Both the position numbers and the translations under genes were made by a program. A stretch of DNA of 61,043 bases, filler included, from Nemertoderma westbladi (lineage: Eukaryota; Animalia; Xenacoelomorpha): the NCBI GenBank assembly GCA_032718475.1. It is 3 parts of 3 records of this genome, joined end to end, with 100 filler letters (N's around TTAATTAATTAA, not from the genome) between each part and the next. Parts side by side here need not be neighbours in the genome. Positions count along the whole stretch, not along the records: positions 21,865 to 43,343 come from JAUCBJ010004077.1; 2 more parts are not named here. The stretch is one strand, 5' to 3'. A model generated the notes under the pieces. It worked only from the letters and a program-made list of their open reading frames with translations. It did not search any database and was not told where the DNA came from. The first letter of the stretch is position 1. Each line of letters starts with the position of its first letter. Below are positions 25,001 through 36,239 of the stretch, piece by piece.

Positions 25001-25537
25001 GAAAATAACACCAAAAATAAAAACAATCCCAATATACCCAGTAGGCCGAGTCTAGACAACCAAAACATTAAATCGGTACATATAAACCTAAGCGCGATAC
25101 GTGAAGGACTATACAGGAAACGCTATAATCCAGGATTCCAATGTCAATTACATCGGGACGGAACCCATAAGACCAGGAGTTGTAAGTACTGGCAAGCGTT
25201 GCCCAAACATGATCGTGTAGCCTACACAGACGCAAACGGACTATGTCATCGATGTGTGGTAAAAGGACACAGATTCGGAGAGTGTTGGAAAGGGAGAGGA
25301 TGTGAAAGGTCTAAACCAGGGGCAGAGAAGCCCATGAGTAAACATAAAGGAGTCGGGAAAGTAGAAGGAGGCGTGTTGCATACACACGCAGGACTGACAC
25401 AGTGCGAGGGGGCATTACATGGACCATGGGCATATACCGAGGGACGAGCGGGGGTCGTCGAGGACTTTAATGCCAGCGCACATACGAAGGGGGAGGCCAG
25501 CAGAGGTAGTATCGAAGAGAGTGTGGCGAAGAGTTAG
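22068..25537 (+). pseudogene. Frameshifted BEL/Pao gag
   Basis: Overlapping R/E-rich ORF fragments (22097, 22300, 23159, 23511, 24081, 24770) end in Zn knuckles; internal 60-bp x3 (~23540-23700) and ~123-bp x2 (~23745-23990) repeats. Confidence 0.65.
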
Positions 25538-25944
25538 AGGGCGTATAGGAGGGCAGCGGGAGAGTGCCTACTGGAAGAAGGGGCACCTGAGAGTTTTTAG
25601 TCGTCCAAAGTTTTGGACTGAGGGGGGTGGGAATGAGGGCGAGACGCCCTTCCCACGCACAAAATATAAAATAATTATTTAATTAAAAATAATAAAATAA
25701 TTAAATAATAAAGTAGGTAGAAGTTAGGTAGTAAGAGAGTAGTACCGTTAGTTAGTTAGTTAGTTAGGAGGTACGTAGTACCGATAGTTAGTAGAGCTAG
25801 AATAGTAAGAGGGTACGTAGTACCGCTAGTTAGAGAGTTAGTAAGAGTTAGAGGGTACGTAGTACCGTTAGTTAAAGAGAGTTAGGGAAGTTAGTGAGAG
25901 GGTACGTAGTACCGTTAAGAGAGAGTTAGCAGAGTAGAGTTAGT

Positions 25945-26345
25945 AGTAGAATGGTTGTGGGCACCGGAAGCGCCACGTAGAAAGTAGTAGCAGTAGAGTG
26001 GTTGTGGGCACCGGAACCGCCACGTAGAAAGTAGTAGCAGTAGAGTGGTTGTGGGCACCGGAAGCGCCACGTAGAAAGTAGTAGCAGTAGAGTGGTTGTG
26101 GGCACCGGAAGCGCCACGTAGAAAGTAGTAGCAGTAGAGTGGTTGTGGGCACCGGAAGCGCCATGTAGAAAGTAGTAGCAGTAGAGTGGTTGTGGGCACC
26201 GGAAGCGCCACGTAGAAAGTAGTAGCAGTAGAGTGGCTGTGGGCACCGGAAGCGCCACGTAGTTAGAGTGGTCGTGGGCACCGTAAGCGCCACATAGGAA
26301 GTAGTAAGCAGAGTGGTTGTGGGCACCGCAAGCGCCACGTAGTTA
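25945..26345. repeat. 47-bp minisatellite, ~8 copies
   Basis: Unit gtagagtggttgtgggcaccggaagcgccacgtagaaagtagtagca. Confidence 0.92.
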
Positions 26346-26599
26346 GAGTTAGTAGGGAATGCGCTGAACTTAGTAGGGCACGGGCTGCCGGGCACAAGAG
26401 GTGCCGGGCACAAAAGTTAGTAGAGAGTTAGTTGAGTTAGTAGTAGAGTTAGTAAGAGTTAGTAGAGAGTTAGTAGAGTTAGTAAGAGTTAGTAGTAGTT
26501 CACATAATTAACGTACCCACTCTGCCGGCATTCAGAGCGTCACGTGTAGGCGAGTAGACGTAAAGGGAGTAGATGTAAAGGAAGTAAGTTAGAGATAGA

Positions 26600-27040
26600 G
26601 TAGAGTGGTAGAGACGGGCACATAGGGTGCCAGGTAGTAGAGTTAGAGTGTTAGAGGTAGTAGAGAGGGCACATAGGGTGCCAGAGTAGTAGAGTAGTAG
26701 AGAGGGCACATAGGGTGCCAGGTAGTAGAGTTAGAGTGTTAGAGGTAGTAGAGAGGGCACATAGGGTGCCAGAGAGTAGAGTAGTAGAGAGGGCACATAG
26801 TGTGCCAGGTAGTAGAGAAGAGTGTTAGAGGTAGTAGAGAGGGCACATAGGGTGCCAGAGAGTAGAGTAGTAGAGAGGGCACATAGTGTGCCAGGTAGTA
26901 GAGAAGAGTGTTAGAGGTAGTAGAGAGGGCACATAGGGTGCCAGAGAGTAGAAGAGCAGAGAGGGCACATAGGGTGCCAAGTAGTAGAGTTAGAGAGGTA
27001 GTTGAGTAGTAGAAGGGCACATAGGGTGCCAGATAGTAGA
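26600..27040. repeat. Composite ~36+50-bp repeat carrying GGCAC-ATAGG-GTGCC hairpins
   Basis: gggcacatag(g/t)gtgcca recurs about 10 times with alternating purine-rich linkers. Confidence 0.88.
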
Positions 27041-27974
27041 GTGGTTGTGGGCACCACAAGCGCCACGTAGAAGGAAGTAGTAGTAAAGGGGTTGTGGGCA
27101 CCGCAAGCGCCACATAGTTAGAAGAGTGGGTAGAGTTAGGGAGTTCTAGTTAAAGGGCTAGAGAGTTGGTAGACTTAGAGGAGTCAAGTAGAGTTAGTAG
27201 AAGTAGAGAGTTAGTAGGAGTTAGTTAGACTTAGTAGAGCTAGTTAGAGTCAGTTAGATAGTTAGCAAGTAAGTATTAGGTAGATAGTATGATAGCACAG
27301 GGGTAGCATTAGAGGTCAGGACCTTAGAGAGTGGCAGAGATTAGAGAGGAGATCGTGAGAGGAGCTGTAGGCGAGAGGGAAGAGTGCGATTCAGGTGTGG
27401 AGAGAGGGTAAGAGCGAGTTGAGTCAGAGAGCGGAGTTAGAGTGGTGAGAGTGTTGGGGAAACAAAAATTGTGTGAGAGAAGCGCACGATCGGCCCGACA
27501 CAAGACGCCAGAGGGTAGTGACATCATACCCATAGGGAGCGGCCTGGAAAGCCGACTCCGAAAAAATAGACCCACCCCACACCCGATAATAGATCGGGAT
27601 CCAGCGGAATTGTAGCGCACTTTAGGTGGATGCTATCTTCTCACCGGGAAGATAGCATGGGGGGGAGTGTTAGCTTATCCAATTCCGCTAACACAAACCC
27701 ATAGAGTGAACCATTAAGCAATATTGGGGGCCACGAGGTTGGTTACCCAATCTCGCGTCACCCCAATAAAGTGGGAGGGAGAAACACACAATAGGGGTCA
27801 GGGGCCAAACCCCTAACCGAGAGAGAACACAGGGAGTGAAGGGAAACACTCCAAAGGGTGCCAACAGGGATATTAGCCAATGGGGGGACAGCATCGACTA
27901 GGTACTGTAACAAGGCCAAACCGTGCAATATATATTACCGGATCCGTAGATCCCGTCACAAACATTGTTCAAGT

Positions 27975-28058
27975 GGTTCAGTAGCTCAGTCGGTTAAGCG
28001 TTGGAAATTCGTGTAGTAGGTATCGAGTTCGAATCCTAGTAAGTGTGAATTATTTTTT
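27975..28058 (+). ncRNA. tRNA-derived Pol III unit (SINE head or tRNA pseudogene)
   Basis: A-box TAGCTCAGTCGG (27982-27993), B-box GAGTTCGAATCC (28025-28036) and T6 at 28053-28058. The acceptor stem does not pair, so it is not a functional tRNA. Confidence 0.65.
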
Positions 28059-28479
28059 GTGCTAAGTTTCAACTCATTTAAATTAACCGCTACGAATTAA
28101 ATTGCATTTGCTCAAAGTAGATTAACCAATAAGATTGCAGTTATTAGATAGTAACCAATGTCGTGTAACATACGTGTTTGCTGGACCAATGATTATCTTT
28201 AAAAACCCAATATAACTCATGGAATATTCTCGATTGTTTGCAGCACAAATTTGCTATAAAAAGGTGCAATTTGTTCATTAGTTATTCACAAACCAGAGTA
28301 TACACTTATTATTCTTTCTTCTATCTTAGCATTAGTTTATTGTATATTAGTTTTGTAATAAAAGTTAGAAATACTTGTTGCATCTGTTTTTTACTATGCT
28401 TCACCACGGTGAACCCAACTGAGGGACAGATGGCTGGCTAGATAGCGGACCGCAGCAATAGACGGGAACATCGGGGGAA

Positions 28480-29670
28480 TGTAGGAGGAGACAACCCACA
28501 ATATCATTCTTAGTTATTCGCCCATCGCCTGAAAGGTTAGACAGCGTTCAATGCCTTGCTATCTAAGTGTAAGACCAAAGATCGAAGGTAGAGGTAGTGA
28601 CACGCTGTGCGCTAAAAATTACATCTAGGGACTGTACTGTCTTAATTCAGAGAAAACCCGCAGTAGACCTTCACATTCCTACGGGGGGAAAGGAGAGGAG
28701 ATTAGGCAGAGAGATACTAGTACACAGATAGGACGCAGGCACACCGGTACAAAGCATACACATTGGTAGGGTGCAGCAAACTGTACGCCTAACTCTTGCT
28801 AGGTATGGGTGCGTCGGTGACTGTTTGTAGTACAACGGTGTCCATTTGCGTTGGAACTTGTAGGCCAGGAAGGGTTACTGTGTTTTACCTGAATTAGGAT
28901 TGTACCGTTCAGGCGGTAGGGCAGTTTATCACTAGGCGCAAATAAATTAAGGCTATTAGGGATACTAACATCTACCGTGCCCACCTTGGCAACCAAAATT
29001 CTAGATAGGACACCAGGCCAGCTATTTGTAACTGTACGCCTACTGTAGTAAACTAACACATTTCTTCTTAGTATTAGGGACCTGGTAAATTAAATTGCCG
29101 AATTCTGGGCGTAGTATTAACCTTATGCCTGAATTTGAGTCCTGGAAATACACAAAAGGGGAAGGAGCCTTATCATTCGTGAGTATTGGACCTACAAGCT
29201 ACAAAATTAGAATATTTGTAAAATGTACACCGGACCCAGTAATTATATACGTGAAGGATCTGAAACCGATTTTGACCGTTAGAATCAATACACACGCGCG
29301 TTAGAAATTATTTACACCTCAAAATATATAAAATAATTTTTGTCCGTACTGCATTTTGCCCGCTAGTTAGACATTTAGCTAGCGCCTCTCTATCTCTCAC
29401 CCGCATATAAATCACACCGCGGCAAAGTATACGAGCGCCCTTAGTCCGTCAGTGAGTCAGCCCGATTCTAGGATTCGCTGCGCGCGGGATTTTGTTTTAT
29501 CGAAGTTTGTCCATTCGTAGACTGTTTTCTGCCTCACCGGTTATAAGAGACCGATACTGCAATATATTCGCTTACTTAGAGTTTACTGTTTTGGTGAGAA
29601 GGTCGGATTATGTTTTGATTCACAGACTTTACAGTAGGATATTGCAGGGTACGTTGCCGTCTCTTCCAAT
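28480..29670 (+). mobile_element. Possible LTR of a second retroelement
   Basis: PPT-like CGGGGGAA directly precedes TGTAGG at 28480; TATAAA at ~29405 and AATAAA at ~29668; right boundary uncertain and no partner LTR. Confidence 0.3.
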
Positions 29671-31630
29671 AAATAGTATTAGATGATTTATCGATCCTAA
29701 CAATGAAATTATAAATGAGATTACGAATCACAGCAGCACAACTAGGCAAACGATTAAATAAAAACATTTCTGAGGCACTACAATTTTTGGGATATCCCAT
29801 AAGAATTCGAAATGTATTATTATATGATGCTGTAAATTTATTATATATAGTTTTAGTATAATTGCACCATAAGTGAGCTGTATACATCGGCGTACAATAG
29901 GATTGAAATAAACGTTGCTTAATATCATTTGAACACATAAAAAATCTGCGTTTCAAACTATTTGCCTGCATATATAGTTTCCTACGTTGTCGTAAAATAT
30001 CTCTATCATCAGATAGTGTATTGGTAATATAATGTCCTAAATATTTATATTCTTTTTTGATTGGAAGAGCAATATTGCCTATTTTAAATGAAGGAAAATT
30101 CCACGATATTTGAGATTTTGATCGAATATATAAAGTAGCACTTTTTGTTGCGTTGAAAATTACATCATATTCGTCTCCAAACTCAGAGTACAATTTCAGA
30201 AGTTTTTGCATACCTTTTACAGACGGAGACAATAAAACTAAATCATCAGCGTACAAAATATTATTGCATAATGTATGATACATAAGACACCCTATATTGC
30301 AGCTATTTAATTTAGTAGATAATATATTCATATAAATGTTAAATAGGAAAGGGCTCAGTATTCCACCCTGTCTTACTCCATTAGAAACGGTGAAAGAAGC
30401 TGAAACATCTGGGCCCCACCTAACACAGAATGTTTGATGAACATACCAGAAAATTATTAATCGCACTATATATTGGGGAACCCCCCGTTTAATTAGAGTA
30501 CCAAAAAGCACATCATGGTTTATTCTATCAAATGCCTTAGAGGCGTCCAAGAAAGTGACAAACATAGTAGATTGTAACTGTCTGTATTTGTATATCATTT
30601 CTTTCAGGGAAAATATGCACATATCGGTACCTAATTTACTTTTAAAACCAAATTGATTATGCGTTGTTTTTAGATTAGGTTCTATCCCATGCAGTATTAT
30701 TTTTTCCATTACCTTTGAAATGATGTTGCTCTGTAATTATCTTTACTGTTAATTTTAGCTGTTTTATCTTTAATTATCGGCACCAATATAACAGATATTA
30801 AGTTATTAGGAAGATAACCATGAACAAAGAAACTCGTAAATAAAGTTGCTAAAATTTCATATAGTATACTGCTAATGTACTTTAAATGTTCTGCAAATAT
30901 GCCGTCTAAACCACAAGATTTATTTATTTGATAAAGACTCAATATTACTACGAAACTCCTCAGCACTAACACACATATCTTCGTAATTAATTAATAATTA
31001 ATTAATAAATAATAAATTAATTATTGGTTGTGCGCTTTAAACAATTAAAAAGATCATAATAATGTTTACACCACATCTCAGCAATCTCTGCAGTACCTGT
31101 AGTACCATCAATCGAAGTTGGTAATGGAGTATTACAATTGTTTATTTTTTTAATTTCTTTCCAAAAGTCACGAGTATTTTTTACCAGACAGTTTTTTCGC
31201 TAACATTTCGCAACGAATTTTGTTTTCTTTATTTTTGGCTGCGCGGACAGCGTATTTAAAACGCAAGTCCGCTCGCCTTTTCAGATCGAAAATTGGGCCA
31301 GATCGGGGTCGTCCCGCCTCACGCCACAGAGAGAATGTATCGCGAGATGCATCATAATGTTGCCTAATCAGATCATTCCACCCAGGAATGATATTTTTAC
31401 TATTTGTTCTAGAACCCTTAGTGTGTTCGGATTCATTTAAGGCAGAAATAACCGATTCATAAAAAATTTCTAAATTAGATATATGGTCACTATCTGTACA
31501 GTTAATGTCTTTACATAAAATATAATCGCCAGTACACGAGGAGAGCTTATCTAATTTAAGCGCCGTTTGCTCACAAAAATTATCTATATCTTTTTTATTA
31601 GCTCTACTCCAGTTAAATTTACATCCTATG
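29670..31630 (-). mobile_element. Degenerate non-LTR retrotransposon RT region (RTEX/CR1-group, clade uncertain)
   Basis: ORFs 30709-30972 and 29576-30709 contain QFGFK, FLDASKAFD, GVRQGGILSP and LYADD. Frameshifted upstream; the 3' end appears replaced by unrelated sequence near 29670. Confidence 0.88.
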
Positions 31631-32157
31631 ACAATAATCTATAAGGTTACTCACTGCTATGTTAGGTGGGAGGGAGTTGATGGTAATAATGAATGAGGAG
31701 GGACCCAACTAACACTACGTTTGTCTATGGAGACGTTTGTCTCCTTACAGCCAGATGGCTGGCTTTTCTAGTTGAATCATATTATTCCGCAACTAAATAA
31801 TTTACTCTTTTAGACGAATTTGTGCGTTTTTTTGCCGGACTAACAAATTTTGGCGACGTTCTGTGCGAGATTGGCGATATTATATGTTGCTCAGATGACT
31901 GAATATCTCAAATAAAAAAGTTGGTGCATACTCGACGAGTTGAAATCGGTGAAATTCGACTTTACAGTGACCCCGAGATCGAAACGCCACAAAAAATATA
32001 CAGTCTTGTGTGCAACCAAAATTTATGGAGAGTTTGTTATTAAAATTTTTGCTTACCTGCTTGCGTTTTTGAGATATTAGATGGTTATACACAAACACAC
32101 AACCACATCGTGTTTTTGAACGGCTCAACTCTTGACAAGAACTACCCAGTTGACAAG

Positions 32158-34201
32158 AGTTAGCAGCTGCAGAAACAGTTCCTGTATACCCTCGAAACAG
32201 GAAAAGGGCCCCCTGGACTGACAACAAAATTCAGAAGTGCCGAAATGACCTTCATAAGGCGCAGAAAGAGTCCCGACTCAAACAGACTACAGCAGGCAAG
32301 AATGCAGTTAAGGCTGCATCTAGGTCCCTGAACAGGCAGTACTCTGTTAATCTACAGGAGCTAATAAACCAACAGGTTGATGCCATCAATGATGCTGACG
32401 ACAGCAGGCAATCATCCCAGGCATGGAAATCGATCAATCTGCTTACTGGGCGGAAAAGCCAACCAACCACCAAGGTTAAGGCTGAATCACCAGCCGATCG
32501 CCTAAATGGTTGGAAAGCCCACTTTGAAAAGCTCCTCAATAATGACAGGGTATTGCCTGATAACTTTATAGAAGTAAAAGTGTCTGAGTCTGTACTCCCA
32601 GATATTCCCATTGGCAATGGAAGTGAAGGCTGCTGCAAAGAGCATTAAGACCAATCGTGCCAGTGGAGTAGATGGTGTTCCCCCTGAGGTCTTTAAAATA
32701 CCTGAGTGTTTAAAGCTCATCTATCCCATCATAGTAGACATGTACCGAACAACAAGTGTCCCACAAGAAATGAAAACAAATAAGTTGGTGCCAGTTCCCA
32801 AGAAGGGCAACCTAACACTCTATGGTTCTTTTCGGGGAATCTCATTGATCTCGATTGCTGCAAAGCTATACAATAGGATTCTATTAAATCGCATCAGGGA
32901 TCCCATTGAGAGACTGCTCCGTGGAAATCAGAATGGGTTCCGTAAAGGTCGTGGGACCATGGAGCCCATTTTGGCACTTAGAAGGATAATTGAAGAATTA
33001 TCAAAAAAGAAAGACAGGCATCTGGCTGTTATCTTTGTTGACTTCTTCAAGGCCTTTGATTCAGTCTCTCAGTCACGTATGTTCAGCATACTTTCATTAT
33101 ATGGGATTCCTGATGAAATTATTGCAGCAATCAGATCAGTATACGATGGTTCGACAACATTTGTGTCTACTGTTGACGGTGACACAGAACCATTTGAATT
33201 GTTATGGGGCGTCCTCCAAGGAGACACACTTGCACCATTCTTGTTCATTATTGTGGTTGACTATGTTCTACGCATGTCCTTAGATCATCATAATGATGAT
33301 GGGGTGATGATAACTCCACCTACTGGCTCTACAAGTCGAGGAAATCCTGCCAAGTACCTAACTGATCTAGACTTTGCTGATGACTTAGGAGTACTCTCAG
33401 AATCATTAGAGGGAGCCCAACGGCTCCTCAGTTCATTAGAACATGCTGCTTCTAGTGTTGGTCTTTTTATTAACTCCAGAAAGACCAAAATTCTGACAGT
33501 TAACTTTGAAAGTCCTCAGCAAGTCTCTGATCGGATGAGCATAAGCTCAAAGGATGGTATGCTTGAGCATGTGGACGACTTCTGTTACCTGGGATCATGG
33601 ATCCGGAAGTCAGGTGAGGACCTTCGAATGCGTAAGGGAAAGGCATGGGCAGCCTTGAATAGGCTTTCCAGGATTTGGAAGTCACCTAGAATTAATCGGA
33701 AACTTAAGGTCCGATTATTTAGAGCAGCAGTAGTTCCAGTACTCCTCTACGGGAGTCCATGCTGGGCTCTAACTGCTGAGGACACCAAATCTCTGGATGG
33801 CACATTCACAAGAATGCTACGCCGGGTTCATTGTGTCAAGTACAATGCACACATCTCCAACCAGACACTATATAACATTGGAGGTGTCTCATTGGTTCCC
33901 CCAAGCTTGACAATAGAACAAAATCGCCTCCGCTTTGCAGGACATTGCTTTCGCCGTGAGGACCAGCCAGTGCATAATCTTGTACTTTGGCAGCCTCATA
34001 GAGTGAATAAGCATGGTGGACAGCCCATGACTTTCTTGAGACGCATCTTAAAGGACACTGGCCTTAAAGATGCGGATGATCTAGCAAATGTCATGGGTGA
34101 TAGGGAGTTGTGGCGGTGCAATTTTGTTGACAAGCCGGCACAGCATTCTTCAAAATGCAACTGCAATGCAGCATGCCGATCCTAGTAGTAGTAGTAGTAG
34201 T
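32158..34201 (+). mobile_element. 5'-truncated RTE-clade LINE with (TAG)n tail
   Basis: ORF 32611-34185 contains QNGFRKGR, FVDFFKAFD, GVLQGDTLAP, LDFADD and RLRFAGH. Its stop TAG is the first unit of the tagtagtag tail (34183-34201). Confidence 0.93.
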
Positions 34202-35540
34202 GGTCTATTAATAGGCAGGTTCGTTATTAACGTGATTGATAACCACTAGACTACGTGACCAAGAGAATTTGAAATTTTCGACTGACTATTTTTAAACATC
34301 AATAACTTCGGTTCAAATGGGCCATTTAATCTGAAACTTTTTTCATTGGATAGAGGATAGATTTTAGTGTGTGAAGTAGGATACAACTTGACTTATGTGC
34401 ACTTAGTGCAAAATGCACTTAAAAAGTGTACATTTTTTATATATTTCAAACACTATTATTTCCAGTTCTACTCATCGTAGAATGATATTTTTTGGATTAA
34501 AATGTAGTTTGGAGTGATTTCTAACTATAATCGTAACATTTGTTTAACTTTTTATGTCTATAAAGTGACTTAAAATGTCCATGAATATGGTCCAAAATCG
34601 CAAATGTCGAGATTTATTAAATTGGATTCTTGACACTTTTAGCGACACTGACACTTGATCATACACCATCGTAGATCGGTAGAGGATAAACATAAGTTTG
34701 TTAAATAAGAACCACCATTACGATCTGATAAAGTGCACTTGTACAAATAAGTGTGCAAAAGTGCAAATTTTTTAATAAGGTCAAATTATATAGTATTGGG
34801 TTCTTTTCTTTGCAGATACTTTATTTTCATATTAATATGTTGTTTGGACCATACTGAGCGTATTAGGGATTGTGTACAAATAACCGGCCCTCATGAGGCT
34901 TCGATTGGGTAAATTAATAAAACATAAGGTTGTATGTAATATTCTAAAAAGCCAGTGTGATATTAAATGCACTTTAAATAATAAATAGAAATCAAATAAC
35001 AATTGGACCACACAATTAAAAACTCGCACAATTTTGTACTTATTATATCGCTTCAAATTAATTCAACAGTGGATATTTGGGTGAAGGGGGAAGTTACAGT
35101 GAGTATTCGGGGGAAGTTTGGTGAACTGCATTTATGCAGTGAATCCAAACTTCCCCCTTTGAGATATCATATACTTAAGACATGCTAGGTTGTCAGGGAA
35201 ATAAATATTTGTTACTGTCACACTTTGCTTCCATTTATCCTATCCTTTATTATTACCCCAGTCAGATAAGAGATAATAAATCAGTAAAAACCAAACTAAA
35301 CTGTCTTTCATACAATCAAATTTCTAACTAAAGACGGGTGAATGACCATGACCATGGAAATAATTTTAAATATAATCGTATATCAACTATTCGGGGAGGT
35401 TTCCAAGTTAAACCCGAACACAATTATTTCGTTATATATATAGTAAATAACGTTGTAATGCAACTGTAATTAAAGGTGTAATATTATGGTTTTGTTCAGA
35501 AATGGAAAAAATGAGAAAGCGCGTCACCGGGGGTTGAGCC

Positions 35541-35586
35541 AGCGCTATACGTACGTTTCAGCCTATCAGGCCTCTTCAGTAGCGCT
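35541..35586 (-). ncRNA. Minimal type I hammerhead ribozyme (Penelope-like-element type)
   Basis: Minus strand AGCGCUA-CUGAAGA-GGCCU(GAU)AGGCU-GAAA-C(GUAC)G-UA^-UAGCGCU: full catalytic core, 7-bp stem I, 5-bp stem II and palindromic short stem III. Confidence 0.85.
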
Positions 35587-35653
35587 AACCAGTTCAGCCA
35601 CTTGCCCCTGACACTCACACTCCCACCTAATCCACTTCTATTGAACGGGCAGT

Positions 35654-35985
35654 CTTACTACTACTAGGTCGAGCGAACTCGGACAGTAGAAATGAGATCC
35701 TTCCAGGCTTCCCGATTCTCCATAGTTGTCGCTATTTCGTTTCTCCTAAGTTCAGTATCCCTTTCAAGTTGATTTATATATGTTATGGCCGGTCGTCCAC
35801 GACTACGCTTTCCATGAGTTGGTTGCCAGAAAAGTAGATCTGGTATGACCTCGTCTTTACTTCGCCAGCAGTGCCCACTGAATCTTAATCTGCGTTCATG
35901 GAGAGTGGTTGATACAGGTGGTATTGTACCATAAAGCTCGGCGTTTGTCATGTGTTGTCTCCAGCTGATGTTTAGGGCTGCCCTT
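35654..35985 (-). mobile_element. 3' fragment of an RTE LINE with (TAG)n tail
   Basis: ORF 35664-35951 RRLRFSGHCWR...MENREAWK, then TAGTAGTAGTAAG; same family as 6540-6990. Confidence 0.85.
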
Positions 35986-36239
35986 ACACCTTCAAAATTA
36001 AAGAGTAGTGATTAATTCACTATAGTTTTTGTACAAAATGTGTGGAATGGGTCAACTCAATATCAAGTATTAATTGGTGGACATAGTCTTGAAATTTTGT
36101 AAAATAACTCAAGAACTAATGACTCTACTCATATTTGGAAGATGTCTACACCCACTATATCGATCATTTCTGTGATGTGTCTATTCTTGATTCCTTGACA
36201 TAATTAAAAGTATCATACTATCGACTATTGACTCAGTAA

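Larger units (their letters stand above)
21865..27960 (+). mobile_element. Non-autonomous BEL/Pao LTR retrotransposon (broken gag, no pol)
   Basis: Both LTRs end GGATCC(A/G)TAGATCCCGTCACA (22008 and 27960). PPT GGGGGGGAG precedes TGTTAG at 27668 (3' LTR 27668-27960, internally deleted relative to the 5' LTR). ORF 24770-25537 has BEL-type knuckles CQLH...H..C and LCHRCVVKGH...C...C. Confidence 0.8.

Noticed and set aside
25945-27040. CRISPR-like arrays with palindromic repeats (also 40075-40649)
   Set aside because: Linkers are repeated rather than unique spacers; eukaryotic context; no cas genes
27975-28050. Functional tRNA gene
   Set aside because: A/B boxes are present but the acceptor and anticodon stems do not pair
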